Source: Mobula hypostoma (Eukaryota). Taken from it: a stretch of DNA of 64,000 nucleotides. Each line of letters opens with the position of its first letter. Positions within the stretch are counted from its first letter, which is position 1. Below the pieces are notes generated by a model that saw nothing but the letters and a program-made list of their open reading frames with translations, searched no databases and was not told where the DNA came from. The DNA is taken from NCBI RefSeq assembly GCF_963921235.1, contig NC_086108.1:98396001-98460000 (forward strand), given 5' to 3'. Below, piece by piece: positions 12,405-25,117 of the stretch. A program made the position numbers and the translations under genes.

Positions 12405-14660
12405 GTGGAATCATTAGATGTTTCGACAAGTGGTACGATGGCTTCGCGATCAAGCACCAAGTCACTTGCACTCAGCGCCAAGAGCAGTAGGATATCGACA
12501 AGTGTGGCTGCCCTCGCAGGAGCTAAAGCAGAAGCCGCCAACGTGCGAGCGTCATACGCTAATCAAGAGGCTAAACTGAAAATGGAAAAGGCTGCCAGAG
12601 AAGCGGAAAACCAGTTGGAAAAGGCAAGGATAGATACAGAGTTAGAAGTGCTGACGCTACAACGAGAAGCTGATGCGGCCGCGGTGGAAGCACAAGTGTT
12701 GGAAAATGCTGAAGAAATGCATGTTCTAGACGAAGCAGGAAAATCTATGTCAGAAAGGGCCAAATTGGAACGCACCAGCGAATATGTCCAATCTCAAGTT
12801 GACCTGCAGATTCAGTCTCCCTCTCCATACTTGCCTGTTGGCGTCCCATCTCATGTGAAATTACAGGGAAGCTTCACTGTATTGCGTCCACCTGGGGAAG
12901 ACAACTCACAATTGCAACTTTGCAACAAACTCAAGTATGAAAGGGCTGACTACAAATACTTCCCGACACCAAACTTACCAGATCCGGCGAGAGCAGAGAC
13001 AAAGGCTGAAGTCACATCAAATCCCATCACGAATGTACATGCCCAGTCATACGTCTCCCAACATATTCCCCCAGCTAGCACGCCACCTGCAGCAGAATGC
13101 TTGGCGCAGTGTTTAGCGCGACGAGACCTCATCAATTCAGGACGGTACCAGTTTCACGATAAGCCTGAAAATTACCGTGCGTGGTACTCCTCATTCACCA
13201 GTCCAGCCTTTTCCTAGGGTGTCAGCCAAGGACTACACTAAATTACGAGAACTCGGAGATTTACTCATGGAGATTCAAAGTGCTAAAGAAGACGGCTATT
13301 TAACTGGCCTGTTGTATCTGGATACTTCACGCAGAGTTGGACCAATTGTGGACAAGCTTCCATTTGGGCTGCAGGAAAGGTGGGTGTCTATTGGCTCAGA
13401 GTACAAAGAAGAGAGCGTTGGTCAATTCCCTCCCTTTGAGTATTTTAGTAGGTTTGTGTGCAAGGAGGCGAAGAGGCGAAACGACCCTAGCTTCATGAAT
13501 CAAGGCAGCACCACAACTCACACCAATCCAGTCAAACCCATTTCGAACAATTTTGACATCAATAAACCCATCTCAGGGCACAAAATTGAAGTCACCACAA
13601 CCAACGATGACCCTAGCAAGAATTGTCCTTTGCACAACAAACCCCACCCCCTCAAAAAATGCAGAATGTTTCGAAACAAATCCTTTGACAAAAGAAAGGC
13701 CCTTCTCAAGGCAAAAAGACTATGTTTTAAGTGCTGTTCCTCTACTTCCCACCTCGCTAAAGTGTGTATGTTCCCCATAAAGTGCTCGGAATGTAACAGC
13801 ACTAATCACGATGGATCCATGCATCCCGACCTGTCACTGCAAACTGCCAAGGCTCCTTCACTCCCACAGAGGATGGCGGGGAGAGAGAGGATCACTCCGA
13901 TACAACTATTGTCAGCTCGAGCTACACAGAAGTTTGCGGTCCAGGTCAGTCAAGCCATTCGTGCTCAAAGATCTGCCTCACTAAGGTATACCCTAAGGGA
14001 GCCAAGGGCAAGGCCATCAAAGTCTACATAATTCTGGACGACCAGAGCAACCGGTCACTAGTGAGACCAGAGCTCTTCGAGTTGTTCAGCGTAAAGGGTA
14101 ATCCATTCCCATACTACCTCAGAACTTGCTCTGGCATCACAGAAACACATGGCAGGAAGGCAGAAGGCTTCTGGCTCGAGTTAATGGATGGCAAAGTCGT
14201 CATCAATCTCCCTCCACTCTTAGAGTGCAACGAGATCTTGAATAACCGATCCAAGATTCCAATACCAAGTGCAGTGCTACACCAGCCCCATCTCCACTAC
14301 ATTGCCAAGCACATCCCCGAACTGGATCCGGAAGCAGAAATACTCCTGCTACTCAGAAGAGACGTCTTAGGGTGCACAAAGTCAGGCAGCAGGTCAATGG
14401 ACCACACAATGCCCCCTTCGCCCAATGTCTGGATCTGGGCTGGGTGGTGATAGCAGAGGTGTGCCCTGGCAACGTACACAAACCGACAGTTAACACGCTC
14501 AAGACTAATGTGCTAGAGAGAGGCCGCCATTCCATTTCTCAGCCCTGCAAAAGTGTTATGTGTATCAAGGAAGCACAACAAAAGCACGAGCATAGTAAAG
14601 TAACTGAGACAGTCAGTCTTCACCCAAACTGAGCACGACAGTAAACTCGCTCCACCAATA
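12405..14660 (+). pseudogene. BEL/Pao gag-protease, frameshifted
   Basis: Ala/Glu-rich coiled N-terminus; CPLH..H...C, CFKC....H....C and CSEC....H....H knuckles; then LDDQSNRS and LRTCSG. Confidence 0.85.
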
Positions 14661-15424
14661 GATAAGGAGTCAGCACCATCACCAGCCAAGGAATCTCCTC
14701 CAGCAACAAAGAGTTACCAACCAAGGAATCAGCTCTATCAATGGACAAGGATACAGCACCACTAATGGACAAAGAATCAAAACAGCAAATGGATAAAGGA
14801 CTAAAGCAACAAATAGAGAAAGGATCAAAACAAGTACCAGACGAAGACACAAAAGCTCCAAAGGTCAAAGACAAAAAAAGACATTCAAAAGTGATGTCTG
14901 AGCCACTCCCTGATCTTAATCCAGAGCTAATCAAAGCAGTATCTCAGGTAATTGTGGGTCTTATTTTGGACAGATTTGGCTTATCAGAAGGAAAAGAAGC
15001 CCGGGAGCATGTGAAAAAAGCGACGGAATTCAGGTAAACGCCAGAAACCCATTTATAAATTTGCACAATCCTGATATTTCTAAAGTAGAACTTTTAAAAG
15101 ACGTGCGAGCAACTAGGGACTTAATGATATGCCAGTTAGCCCACGGTGTTGGTCAAGATCCAGATCTTGACTATGCGAATGAGAATACAGATGAAGAAAT
15201 AGAAATTCAAAGCATGGACAATTTTGTGAGTATACTTCATGAAGGCATTGGAACGTTTGCTATCAACATAGAAGAAAAGCTTTCAATTTCCAAGGGAAGT
15301 ACTAAGAAGACAGAAGTGGAGAGAGACCAGTTGTAGGGGTCATTCTATTTCTACCTAAAGACAGATCTAGAGACTAAAGTTCTATACCATGTTCGTAGTG
15401 ACCTTACAAAGGTCAGGCGGGGAG

Positions 15425-16051
15425 TGTGTTGCCCTTAAGGCATTTATTTGACTTTGTTAAATTTCTGCTTTAAATAGTTTGTTTGTAACTATTTTCTAGT
15501 TAAAGTTAAAGATAAAATTCATTGTCTATGGTATATCGCGGCATGTGATGATGTCACCTCCGGTTTCGCCGTGCTTTGGGGGTAACTCTCTGGCTCGGAG
15601 AAGGTGAAAAGGTGGGGCTGTGCGTGCAGCATGAATGTGGAGAGCTCTGTGTCTACCCACAAAGAAACACTATAGAAGCAACGCCGTAAGTTCCCATGAC
15701 AGTATTTGAAGTAAAAATATTAATGCGGATTCTGTTAAAGGAAGCGGCGCGCATGGTGGCTTTTCAATTTCAAACGCGGGGTCGGCTCGAGCCCGGCGGC
15801 GGTTTGACGCGACCCCCCTCCCTCCCCTGGGCGGCTGAAGACACTCGCTAAAAGAAAAGAGCGCGCGTCGTCTCCAGAATGAAACAGACACTGTATATGT
15901 TTGTATTTTTTTATCAACAGTTTTCACCATACGATGTTAATATGGAAGAGTGAACACTAAATGGTTAACCTTACTACGACTCTGTCTTCATTGGCTCCGG
16001 TTTGACTTGGTGTTTAGTCAGAGTTTCAACACACTGCACAAGAACACTACA
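15425..16051 (+). repeat. 3' LTR (627 bp)
   Basis: Direct repeat of 11770-12396, preceded by the purine-rich tract aggtcaggcggggag. Confidence 0.95.
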
Positions 16052-18060
16052 GACTCCCAAGCCCCTTTCCACCTCACTTTTTGTATTTTCTCTTGATTTA
16101 AAAAATAGTCAACTTTTTCATGTCTTCTACAAAGTGCATGACCATACATTATCCATGCTAGAATCTTTCCTGTAATACTGTGGGCACGTAACTTGTCAAG
16201 CAGCCTCATGTGTGGCACCTTGTCAAGGGACTTCTGAGAATCCAAGAACACAGCATCAACCAATTCTCCTTTGTCTACCTTGCTTGTTATTTCTTCAAAG
16301 AATTCCAACAGATTTGTCAGGCAAGATTTTCCCTTGAGGAAGCCATGCTGACTATGGCCTATTGTATCATGTGCCTCCAAGTACCCTGAAACCTCATCCT
16401 TAACAATCAACTCCACTCCCTCTACCTCCCTGGCTGCCCTTTTGAAATAATGTGTGTCCTTGGACATTAAGCTCCCAGAAGCTCCCAGCTTCTTTCAGCA
16501 ATGATTCAGTGATGCTTACATCATACATGTCAATTTGCAACTGTGCTGCAAGTTCATCTAACTTATTCTGTATATGGCACGCATTCAGATACAACACCTT
16601 CAGTCCTGTATTCACCCTAATTGATTTTGCCCACCTTTTACATTGCAACTCATCCTGTTGACCACAGTTTTACCCTATCAACAGCCTCTCCTCACTACAC
16701 ATTGCCTCTGTTTGTAAATCAGCTTCCTCATCTTCAACACTATTATCCACACACTTCTTGCATTGAAATATATGCAGATCAGGACATTGCTTGCATCATG
16801 CTCAACCTTTTGATTCCTAACTTTCATGTCTTACCAACATCTGTCTCCACTAACTGCTCTGGCACTCTGATTCCCATCTCCCTGCAACTCCTCTTTAAAT
16901 CCCACTGCACAGCATTAACAAACCTTCCCGCTAGGATATTAGTCCCCCTCCAGTTCAGGTGAAAACCATCCCCTGAAAGAGAGCCCAGTGATCCAGGAAT
17001 CTTATACCCTGTCTCCTACACAACTCCTTAGCCACGTATTAAACTATATAATCTTCCTAGTTCTGGCCTCGCTAGCACATGGCTCTTCTAGCAATCCTGA
17101 GATCACAACCCTGGAGGTCCTGTCCTTTAACTTAGCACCTAATTCCCTGACCTACCTATGCAGAACCTCGTCACTCATCCTACCCATGTCATTGGTAGCT
17201 ACACGGACCACGACCTCTGGCTGTTGACCCTCCCATTTAAGAATGCTGAGGACTCAGTCTGGGATGTTCCAGATGCTGCCACCTGGGTGGCAACGTACCA
17301 TCCAGGAATCTCCTCCTCGCCCACAGAACCTCCTGTCCATTCCCCTAACTAACAAATCCCCTAACAACACAGCGTGCCTCTTTTCCCCCCCTTCCCTTCT
17401 GAATCTCAGAGCCAGACTCAGGGCCAGAGACTCAACCACTGTGACTTTCCTCTGTGAGGTCATCCCCCCGACAGTATCCAAAGTGACATTCTTGTCGTTG
17501 AGGGGGATGCTCTACACTCCCTCCTTAACCCCTTTCCCCCTCCTGACTGTCACCCAGTTTCCTGTGCCCTCGCCTTTTGGCGTAGCAACCTCTCTGTATG
17601 TCCTATCTATCACCCTCTCAGCCTCCTGAATGATATGGAGTTCATCCATTTCCAGCTCCAACTCCTTAACGTGGTTTGTTAGAAGCTGCAGCTGGATGTA
17701 CTTCTCACAGTTGTAGTCGTCAGGGACACTGGAGGCCTCCCTGCCTTCCAACATCCTGCAAGAGGAGCATTTCCCTATCCTGCCTAGTGTCTCTACTGTC
17801 CGAGCTGAGCAGATATAAAGAAAAGAATGAAAAAAGCTTGAGCTTTTCTTTCCTTTGCTTTCTCTGACTGAAGCCTCGAGGAGCTAAAGCCTCAAGATCA
17901 CCACTCAGACGATGATCGCTGCGCTTGCCCCTGCCTTCCTTTAATTTACTCTTACTAATCAATCCCAAATGCCGACCGGTCGCTAGTCAAAGCTCTTTCT
18001 CGCTGCCGTGACCTGCTGCTGCCTTTTATCCTTGGGTGGTGGACCTGATTGAAATCCCCT
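16052..18060 (-). mobile_element. CR1-A 5' and central part (RT fragment, APE start, ORF1), internally deleted
   Basis: SQHGFLKGKSCLTNLLEFFE, KVLYLNA, LLGDLLVRG and PDDYNCEKY. Contiguous with 11675-11769 across the LTR-element TSD. Confidence 0.85.
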
Positions 18061-18409
18061 CCTCTCAAAACTTCCGATGTCCGGATTAGTTCTTTTTAGT
18101 GCCTGAATATTTAATGCCTCAATATTAGAATTCTCAACCTAGCTATCAAATCCATCCATGGGCTCACTCATCCTTGGTCGTGTAAATCCCTGCAGTGCAC
18201 CAACGTTCTGAATTGTCTACATCTCTCCTATATGCCTTTTAACTACCCCAGATATTTATTGCCCCATCACTGGCAGCCATGCCTTCAAATACCAATGTGG
18301 CAAACTGAAATTCTTTCCCAAGAAACCCTTGACCTTTTTACCCCCAATTTTTTTCCTGTTACAGTTCTTAGCCACGTGTGCTCAGCATGCGATATAGAAA
18401 AGGACAAAC

Positions 18410-18520
18410 ACAAGAAATCCAGAGTGACACAAAATGCTGGAGGAACTCAGCAGGTCATGATGAAGGGGCTTGGGCTGAAATGTTGACTGATTATTCCTCT
18501 CCATAGAGGCTACCTGACCT
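18410..18520. mobile_element. Short PLE-end remnant, foldback type
   Basis: Minus-strand PLE tail followed by a plus-strand degenerate hammerhead region. Confidence 0.6.
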
Positions 18521-18895
18521 AAGACCATAAGACATAGAGCAGAATTAGGCCATTCAGCCCATCGAGTCTGTTCCACCATTTCATCATGACTGATTTATTA
18601 TCCTTCTCAAATCCATTCTCCCCATAACCTTTGACACCCTTATTAATCAAGAACCCACCAAACCTCCACTTTAAAAATACCCAATGACTTGACCTCCACA
18701 GACGTCTGTGGTAATGAATTCCACAGATTCAATACCCTCTGGCTAAAGAAATTCCACCTCAACTCTGCTCTAAAGGTACGTCCTTTCATTCTGAATCTGT
18801 GCCTCTTGACCAAGACTCCCCAACGACAGGAAACATGCTTTCTATGACCAGTCTATCTAGGCCTTTGAATATTTGAAAGGCTTCAATGAAATGCC
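18520..18895 (-). mobile_element. CR1 3' fragment
   Basis: aagaccataagacatag tail and CR1 3' UTR. Confidence 0.8.
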
Positions 18896-19739
18896 TTCCA
18901 CCCCCAAATGCGTCTCAACAATTCTGATAGTGACCACAAGATGGCAGTGCATCCCGCTCTGTAAACAACTAGACCCACAACTGCTCAAAGCATTCAATCA
19001 ACAAACTCAAAAACTATTTAACGGTAAATAAACTGAGTGAATATTCAAAGAATTGAATGCTTACATTATTGTGCTATTAGTTACAGGCATCTAAAGTGCT
19101 TCAAGGATTGCTATTAATGAATGAATTAATAATTAAATCCAAGTATAATTATATAAAATTTTAATATTGATATTAAGAATCATCTTTATTTGCCATACAC
19201 ATTTACATGTATTAGGAATTTGCTGTGGTGTGTTGGTCAGAATGTGAAATGCAACATCCAACAATTATAAAGAATAATATAAAAAATAAGTTAGAGGTTA
19301 AAATACGGATATGGAACGAAAGTGCATAGATACATTAACACCAACATGATTTAAAATGTAAACCATTTATAAAAAGTGGTTTAAAGTGTTTACAGTGCAG
19401 TGTAGTGACATGGTAATTTGTAGAAGGAGTGGGGGGAACTAACCAGAATGGCTGATCAGATTAATTGCCTGGGGGAAGAAGAAAGTGTGAAGTTTTTGTT
19501 TTAATATTTTGTTATTTCAAACACCACGCAACGTCCAAATGACATGTCTCATTATATTACTATTGCTGTTATCATTTGTGGGGTACACTATGTTGTTGCT
19601 TTACGTTACGCTTATTAAAGAGCAATTAACGGATTCTATTTTGGGGCAAATTTAGAGACATGAGAGTTAGTCTCTGTGGGATCCACACCCATGTAAGTCA
19701 ATATCTGTAAGCCTGTCTTCTGTGGAACTCTTCCCCAAG

Positions 19740-20525
19740 AGAGAATCAGTACACTTTAGGAAGGGTAAGTCGATGGAACACATACCAATCCTCATAGAGG
19801 GATCAGAAGTGAAGAGAGTGAGTAGCTTCAAGTTCCTGGGTGTCAAGATCTCTGAGGATCTAACCTGATCCCAGCATATCGATGTAGTCATAAAGAAGGC
19901 AAGACAGCGGCTATACTTTATTAGGAGTTTGAAGAGATTTGGCACATCAACAAATACGCTCAAAAACTTCTATAGTTGTACAGCGGAGAGCATTCTGACA
20001 GGCTGCATCACTGTCTGGTATGGAGGGGCTACTGCACAGGACCGAAAGAAGCTGCAGAAGGTTGTAAATCTAGTCAGCTCCATCTGGGCACTAGTCTACA
20101 AAGCACCCATGACATCTTTAGGGAGCGGTGTCTCTGAAAGGCAGCGTGCATTATTAAGGACCTCCAGCACCCAGGGCATGCCCTTTTCTCACTGTTACCA
20201 TCAAGTCGGAGGTACAGAAGCCTGAAGGCACACACTCAGTGATTCAGGAACAGCTTCTTCTCCTCTGCCATCTGATTCCTAAATGGACTTTAAAGCTTTG
20301 GACACTACCTCACTTTTTTAATATACAGCATTTCTGTTTTTGCACATTTTTTAATAATCTATTCAATACAAGTAATTGATTTACTTGTTTATTTATTATG
20401 TTTTATTTTACTTATTATTATTATTTTTCTCTCTCTGCTAGATTATGTATTGCATTGAACTGCTGCTGCTGTGAACAAATTTCATGTCACATGCCTGTGA
20501 TAATAAACCTGATTCTGATTCTGAC
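19740..20525 (+). mobile_element. Rex1/Babar-type LINE 3' fragment
   Basis: VKRVSSFKFLGV, ESILTGCITVWYG, and aataaacctgattctgattctga tail. Confidence 0.85.
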
Positions 20526-20619
20526 TGGAAACTGCCCTGCAAGGACTGACAGTGTGAGGCATCCATCCACCAGGGGGAGTCATTGGGCATCAGTGTGTGC
20601 GCATCTTTCTCCTGATATA

Positions 20620-21172
20620 CACTCTGTGGCCACTTTATTAGATACACCTGTACACATGCCTATTAACACAAATATTTAACCAGTCAATCATTTGGCAGTA
20701 ACTCAATGCATAAAAGCATGCAGACATGGTTAAGAGGTTAATTTGTTGTTCAGACCAAACATCAGAATGGGGAAGGAATGTCCAAATGACTTTGACCATG
20801 GAATAATTGTTGGTGTCAGATGGGGTGGTTTGAGTATCTCAGAAACTGCTGAACTGTTGGGATTTTCACTCACAATAGTCTCTACAGTTTACAGACAATG
20901 GTGCGAAAAACAAAAATCATCCAATGAGCAGCAATTCTGTGGGCAAAAATGCCTCATTAATAAGAGAAGTCAGAGGAGAAAGGCCAGACTGGTTCAAACT
21001 GACAATAACTCAAATAACCACGCATTACAACAGTGGTGTGCAGAAGAGCTTCTCTGAATACACAACACATCAACACTTGACGTGGAAGAGCTATAGCAGC
21101 AAAAGACCATGAACTTACACTCCATGATACCTTATTAGGTACAGGAGGTGCTAATGAACTGGCCACTGAGTG
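20620..21172 (+). mobile_element. Tc1-derived non-autonomous DNA transposon
   Basis: TIRs CACTC(T/A)GTGGCCA, TA at both flanks, and transposase N-terminal HTH remnant GIIVG...GLSISETAELLGFS. Confidence 0.88.
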
Positions 21173-21409
21173 TACAGTAGATATGGGTGGGATTTTATGG
21201 TTCCTATGATCTCTCTGTGTTCCCAATGCTCAGCTGCACTTTAATTATTCCAAAGTCACAAGAAAGCAGCAACATTCCCAGAAGACCATAACAGATATTT
21301 GGAAAAGTTCCTTGGACTACGGAAGTAGAGGAGCAATAGATGGTGACGAAGGACCACCGATCCACTGGACCACAGCAATGAAGGATGACTGAAGAGAATG
21401 TGAAAGCTC

Positions 21410-21640
21410 ACCAGAGGTTCCGCAGATGCTGGAAATCTTGAGTAACGCACACAAAATGCTGGAGGAACTCAGCAAGACAGGCAGCATCTATGGAGGGGAA
21501 TGAACAGTTGATGCTTCAGGCTGAGAGGCTTCATCAGGACTGGAAAGGAAAGGGGAAGAAGCCAGAATACAAAAGTGGGGGGAGGGGGAGGGGGAGGAGT
21601 ACTAGCTGAGAGATGATGGGTAGGTGGATGGTGGGGTATA
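21410..21640 (-). mobile_element. PLE 3'-end remnant with degenerate hammerhead
   Basis: Homologous to 44930-45150. The ribozyme core reads GAAG instead of GAAA. Confidence 0.75.
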
Positions 21641-21872
21641 TGTTTGAACGCCTACATTAGCACAAGTATCGGTGAGGTAGCCTTCTGTTGTCTGAGGGCA
21701 CTGGGTTATGGAGCCAAGTTATGGAAATAGAACTTGGTTACACTTCATAAGCTTGCTCAGTCTAACCTCATAAGTTACGCTCTCTAGTTAGGTATCATCC
21801 TAGTAAATCTCCCCTGCCTCCTCTCTAAAGCTTCCACACCCTTCCTATAATGAGACGATCAGAACTGAGCAC

Positions 21873-22812
21873 AATATTCCAACGGGATCCCACCACTAAG
21901 CACATCTTTCCCTCCCCCCCTCTCTCTGCATTCCGCAGGGATCGCTCCCTACACAACTCCCTTGTCCACTCGTCCCCCCCATCCCTCCCCACTGATCTCC
22001 CTCCTGGCACTTATCCGTGTAAGCGGAACAAGTGCTACACATGCCCTTACACTTCCTCCCTTACCACCATTCAGGGCCCCAAACAGTCCTTCCAGGTGAG
22101 GCATCACTTCACCTGTGAGTCGACTGGGGTGATATACTGCGTCTGGTGCTCCCGATGTGGCCTTTTATATATTGGTGAGACCCGACGCAGACTGGGAGAC
22201 TGCTTTGCTGAACATCTACGCTCTGTCCGCCAGAGAAAGCAGGATCTCCCAGTGGCTACACATTTTAATTCCACATCCCATTCCCATTCTGACATGTCTA
22301 TCCACGGCCTCCTCTACTGTAAAGATGAAGCCACACTCAGGTTGGAGGAACAACACCTTATATTCCGTCTGGGTAGCCTCCAACCTGATGGCATGAACAC
22401 TGACTTCTCTAACTTCCGTTAAGGCCCCACCTCCCCCTCGTACCCCATCTGTTACTCATTTTTATGCACACATTCTTTCTCTCACTCTCCTTTTTCTCCC
22501 TCTGTCCCTCTGAATATACCTCTTGCCCATCCTCTGGGTCACCCCCCCCCTTGTCTTTCTTCCCGGACCTCCTGTCCCATGATCCTCTCGTATCCCCTTT
22601 TGCCTATCACCTGTCCAGCTCTCGGCTCTATCCCTCCCCCTCCTGTCTTCTCCTATCATTTTGCATCTCCCCCTCCCCCTCCAGCTTTCAAATCCCTTAC
22701 TCACTCTTCCTTCAGTTAGTCCTGACGAAGGGTCTCGGCCTGAAACGTCGACTGCGCCTCTTCCTATAGATGCTGCTTGGCCTGCTGCGTTCACCAGCAA
22801 CTTTGATGTGTG
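21873..22812 (+). mobile_element. PLE 3' portion (GIY-YIG, pyrimidine-rich UTR, hammerhead, tail)
   Basis: ORF 21850-22422 carries IYC...LYIGET; near-identical to the other young copies. Confidence 0.92.
22718..22753 (+). ncRNA. Minimal type I hammerhead ribozyme motif
   Basis: AGTC-CTGACGA-AGG(GTCTCGG)CCT-GAAAC-GTC-GACT: stem I AGTC/GACT, conserved core, palindromic ACGT stem III, GUC cleavage triplet. Confidence 0.85.
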
Positions 22813-23254
22813 TAACTACGTATCATGCTTATTTGAGCACTGGACACCATACTCAAATTAGAACTAAGCTTTTATGTAAGACTTTAAAAATCTCTTAGTG
22901 TAAGACCCGAAGAATCTTCCAATATTCTATTTTTTTTACTTTCCTTTTGACTAACTGCGTGTAGCAAGCTGTTCAATTTCGAAGAATACAAACACTGGCA
23001 AACTCTGCTGATGGGGAAGTTACATCAGCTTCCTACTTTGTGCTTTAAGTCATCCTAGAAGCTACAGACCTTGTTGGTGGCCCATGCGCATAAGGAAGGA
23101 AAGAAGTATTACTAAAAGCCAATAAATAGCTATGAGTCAGTGCATAGCTGGCGATGAGGTACACGGAAAGCTGAAGGCAGAAACTATGCTTCTACTTATA
23201 ATGGAAAAGATCCCAGATACGTTTTGTTCACTTGTCCTGTTTTGTAACTGCTCA

Positions 23255-23665
23255 GCCCTTTCATGAGGACTAGTGTGTGTTCCCTCAACTTCCCCTTCTC
23301 GAAGTCCACAATCAGTTCTTTGGTCTTACTGACATTGAGTGCGAGGTTGTTGTTGTGATACCACTCAACCGGCTGATCTTTCTCACTCTTGTATGCCTCC
23401 CCATCAGCATCTGAGAATCTGCTGACAACAGTGGTGTCATCAGCGAGTTTGTAGACACTGTTTGCGGTCTGCCTGGCCACGCAGTCACGGGTGTATAGAG
23501 AGTAGAGCATGCTTCTTTGAGGGATTGTCAGTGAGAAGATGTTTCTGCAGATCTGCACTGACTGTGGTCTCCAGAAGAGGAAGTCAAGGATCCAGTTGCA
23601 GAGGAAGGTCCAGGGGCCCAGGTTTTGAAGCTTGTTGATTAGTACTGAAGGTATGATTGTGTTGA
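23255..23665 (-). mobile_element. Rex1/Babar-type RT fragment
   Basis: LYSLYTRDC...KLADDTTVV...[15 protein letters not shown]. Confidence 0.85.
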
Positions 23666-23734
23666 CAAGAAAGGACAGGAAACTTGTTATAGAAAATAAT
23701 CGGAAGTTGATTTTTTGTGGCTTCTGATTGAGGA

Positions 23735-24200
23735 GTTTACCATAATTACGTTGAAACTAATGGCACTATGATCACTAGATGCAAAGTCTTCCCCTACACA
23801 AACTTCTGTCACCCGCCCTGTCTCATTCCCTAACAGGAGATCAAGTGTTGCACACTCTCTCGTTGGGATTTCTATGTACTGATTCAGGAAACTTTCTTCA
23901 ACACATTTGACAAACTGTATCCCATCTCGACCTTTTACAGTATGGGAGTCCCAGTCAATTTGAGGAAAGTTAAAATCACCTACTATCACAACCTTATGTT
24001 TCTTACAACAGTCTGTGATCTCTCTACAAATTTGTTCCTCTAAACTGTTGGGTGGTCTATAATATAATCCCATTAACTTGGTCATACCTTTCTTATTCCC
24101 CAATTCCACCCAAAAAAGCCTCACGAGATGAGTTCTTCAGTCTGCTCAGATGGAGCATTGCTGTGACATTTTCCCTGACTAGCAACACCACCCCACTCCT
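23735..24200 (-). mobile_element. CR1 APE fragment
   Basis: YYRPPN, VGDFNFP and SDH motifs. Confidence 0.85.
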
Positions 24201-24659
24201 TCAATCTCTAGATGCTGCCTGGCCTTCTGAGTTCCTCTAGCATTTTGTGTGTATTGCTTTGGTTTCCAGCACCTGCAGATTTTCTCTTGTTTTAGAGACT
24301 TTTGATGTTAGGCTACTGTACAGTCACGTTCTCAATGAATGACAAAACAGGCTTGAGGGGACTCATGCATGGCCCTGTTTTTACCTTCCTTTGTTGACAA
24401 CATATTAGAAAAAGGGCACTTAGAGTAAATATGGACATAAAAGGGTAGGCCGTATTGAACAAGTGCTGCAGTTTCTTGCTGTAACCAGCACAATAGATAA
24501 GGGTGAATCAGCTAAAGTGCTGCAATTGGACTTTTAGAAGGCTCGGCACTCCCCCCCCCCCCCAAGATTATTATGCAAACTGAGAGTATATGGCATTGGC
24601 TGTAACGAACGGAAAAGTTCATGGACAGGAAACAATTGAAATAAATAGATCTAGCAATT

Positions 24660-25105
24660 TTGACAGACGTACGGTGGAGAGCATTCGGACTGGTTGCATT
24701 GCAGCCTGGTATGGAGGCGCCAATGCACAGGGTTGAAAAATGCTGCAGAGGGTTGTACACGCTACCAGCTCCATCATGACACCAGCCTCTCCACCCGAGG
24801 ACATCTTCAACAGGGGGTGCCTCATGCAGCTGGTGTCCATCATGAAAGATCCTCACCATCCAGGACATGCCCCCTTCTCATTTTTACCATCTAGGAAGTG
24901 ATACAGAAGCCTGGAGACACACACTCAATGACTCAGGAACAGCTGCTTCACCTCCATCATCAAATTTCTGAATGGTCCCTGAACCCTTGTCTCTAATTGG
25001 CTCTCTTTTTGCACTATTGTATGGTAGTTTTTTTTAACAAACCAACAAATTTCACAAAGTACGTCAGTGATAATAAACCTGATTCTGATTCAGATTCAGA
25101 TTCAA
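24660..25105 (+). mobile_element. Rex1/Babar-type 3' fragment
   Basis: ESI.TGCIAAWYG and (CTGATT/CAGATT) tail. Confidence 0.75.
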
Positions 25106-25117
25106 ACTGAGATTGGA

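Larger units (their letters stand above)
11770..16051 (+). mobile_element. BEL/Pao LTR retrotransposon, non-autonomous (gag and protease present; RT, RNase H and most of integrase absent)
   Basis: TG...CA LTR pair, 5-bp TSD GACTC (11765-11769 and 16052-16056), purine-rich tract before the 3' LTR, triple Cys/His gag knuckles, and ILDDQSNRSL protease motif at about 14031. Confidence 0.92.

Noticed and set aside
12397..12415. tRNA primer-binding site of the LTR element
   Set aside because: Sequence after the 5' LTR (GTGAAAAGG) lacks the canonical TGG start, so no primer tRNA could be assigned.
21410..22812. Another single palindromic PLE insertion
   Set aside because: The arms are separated by about 230 bp of unrelated and CR1 sequence, differ in apparent age, and share no evident TSD.
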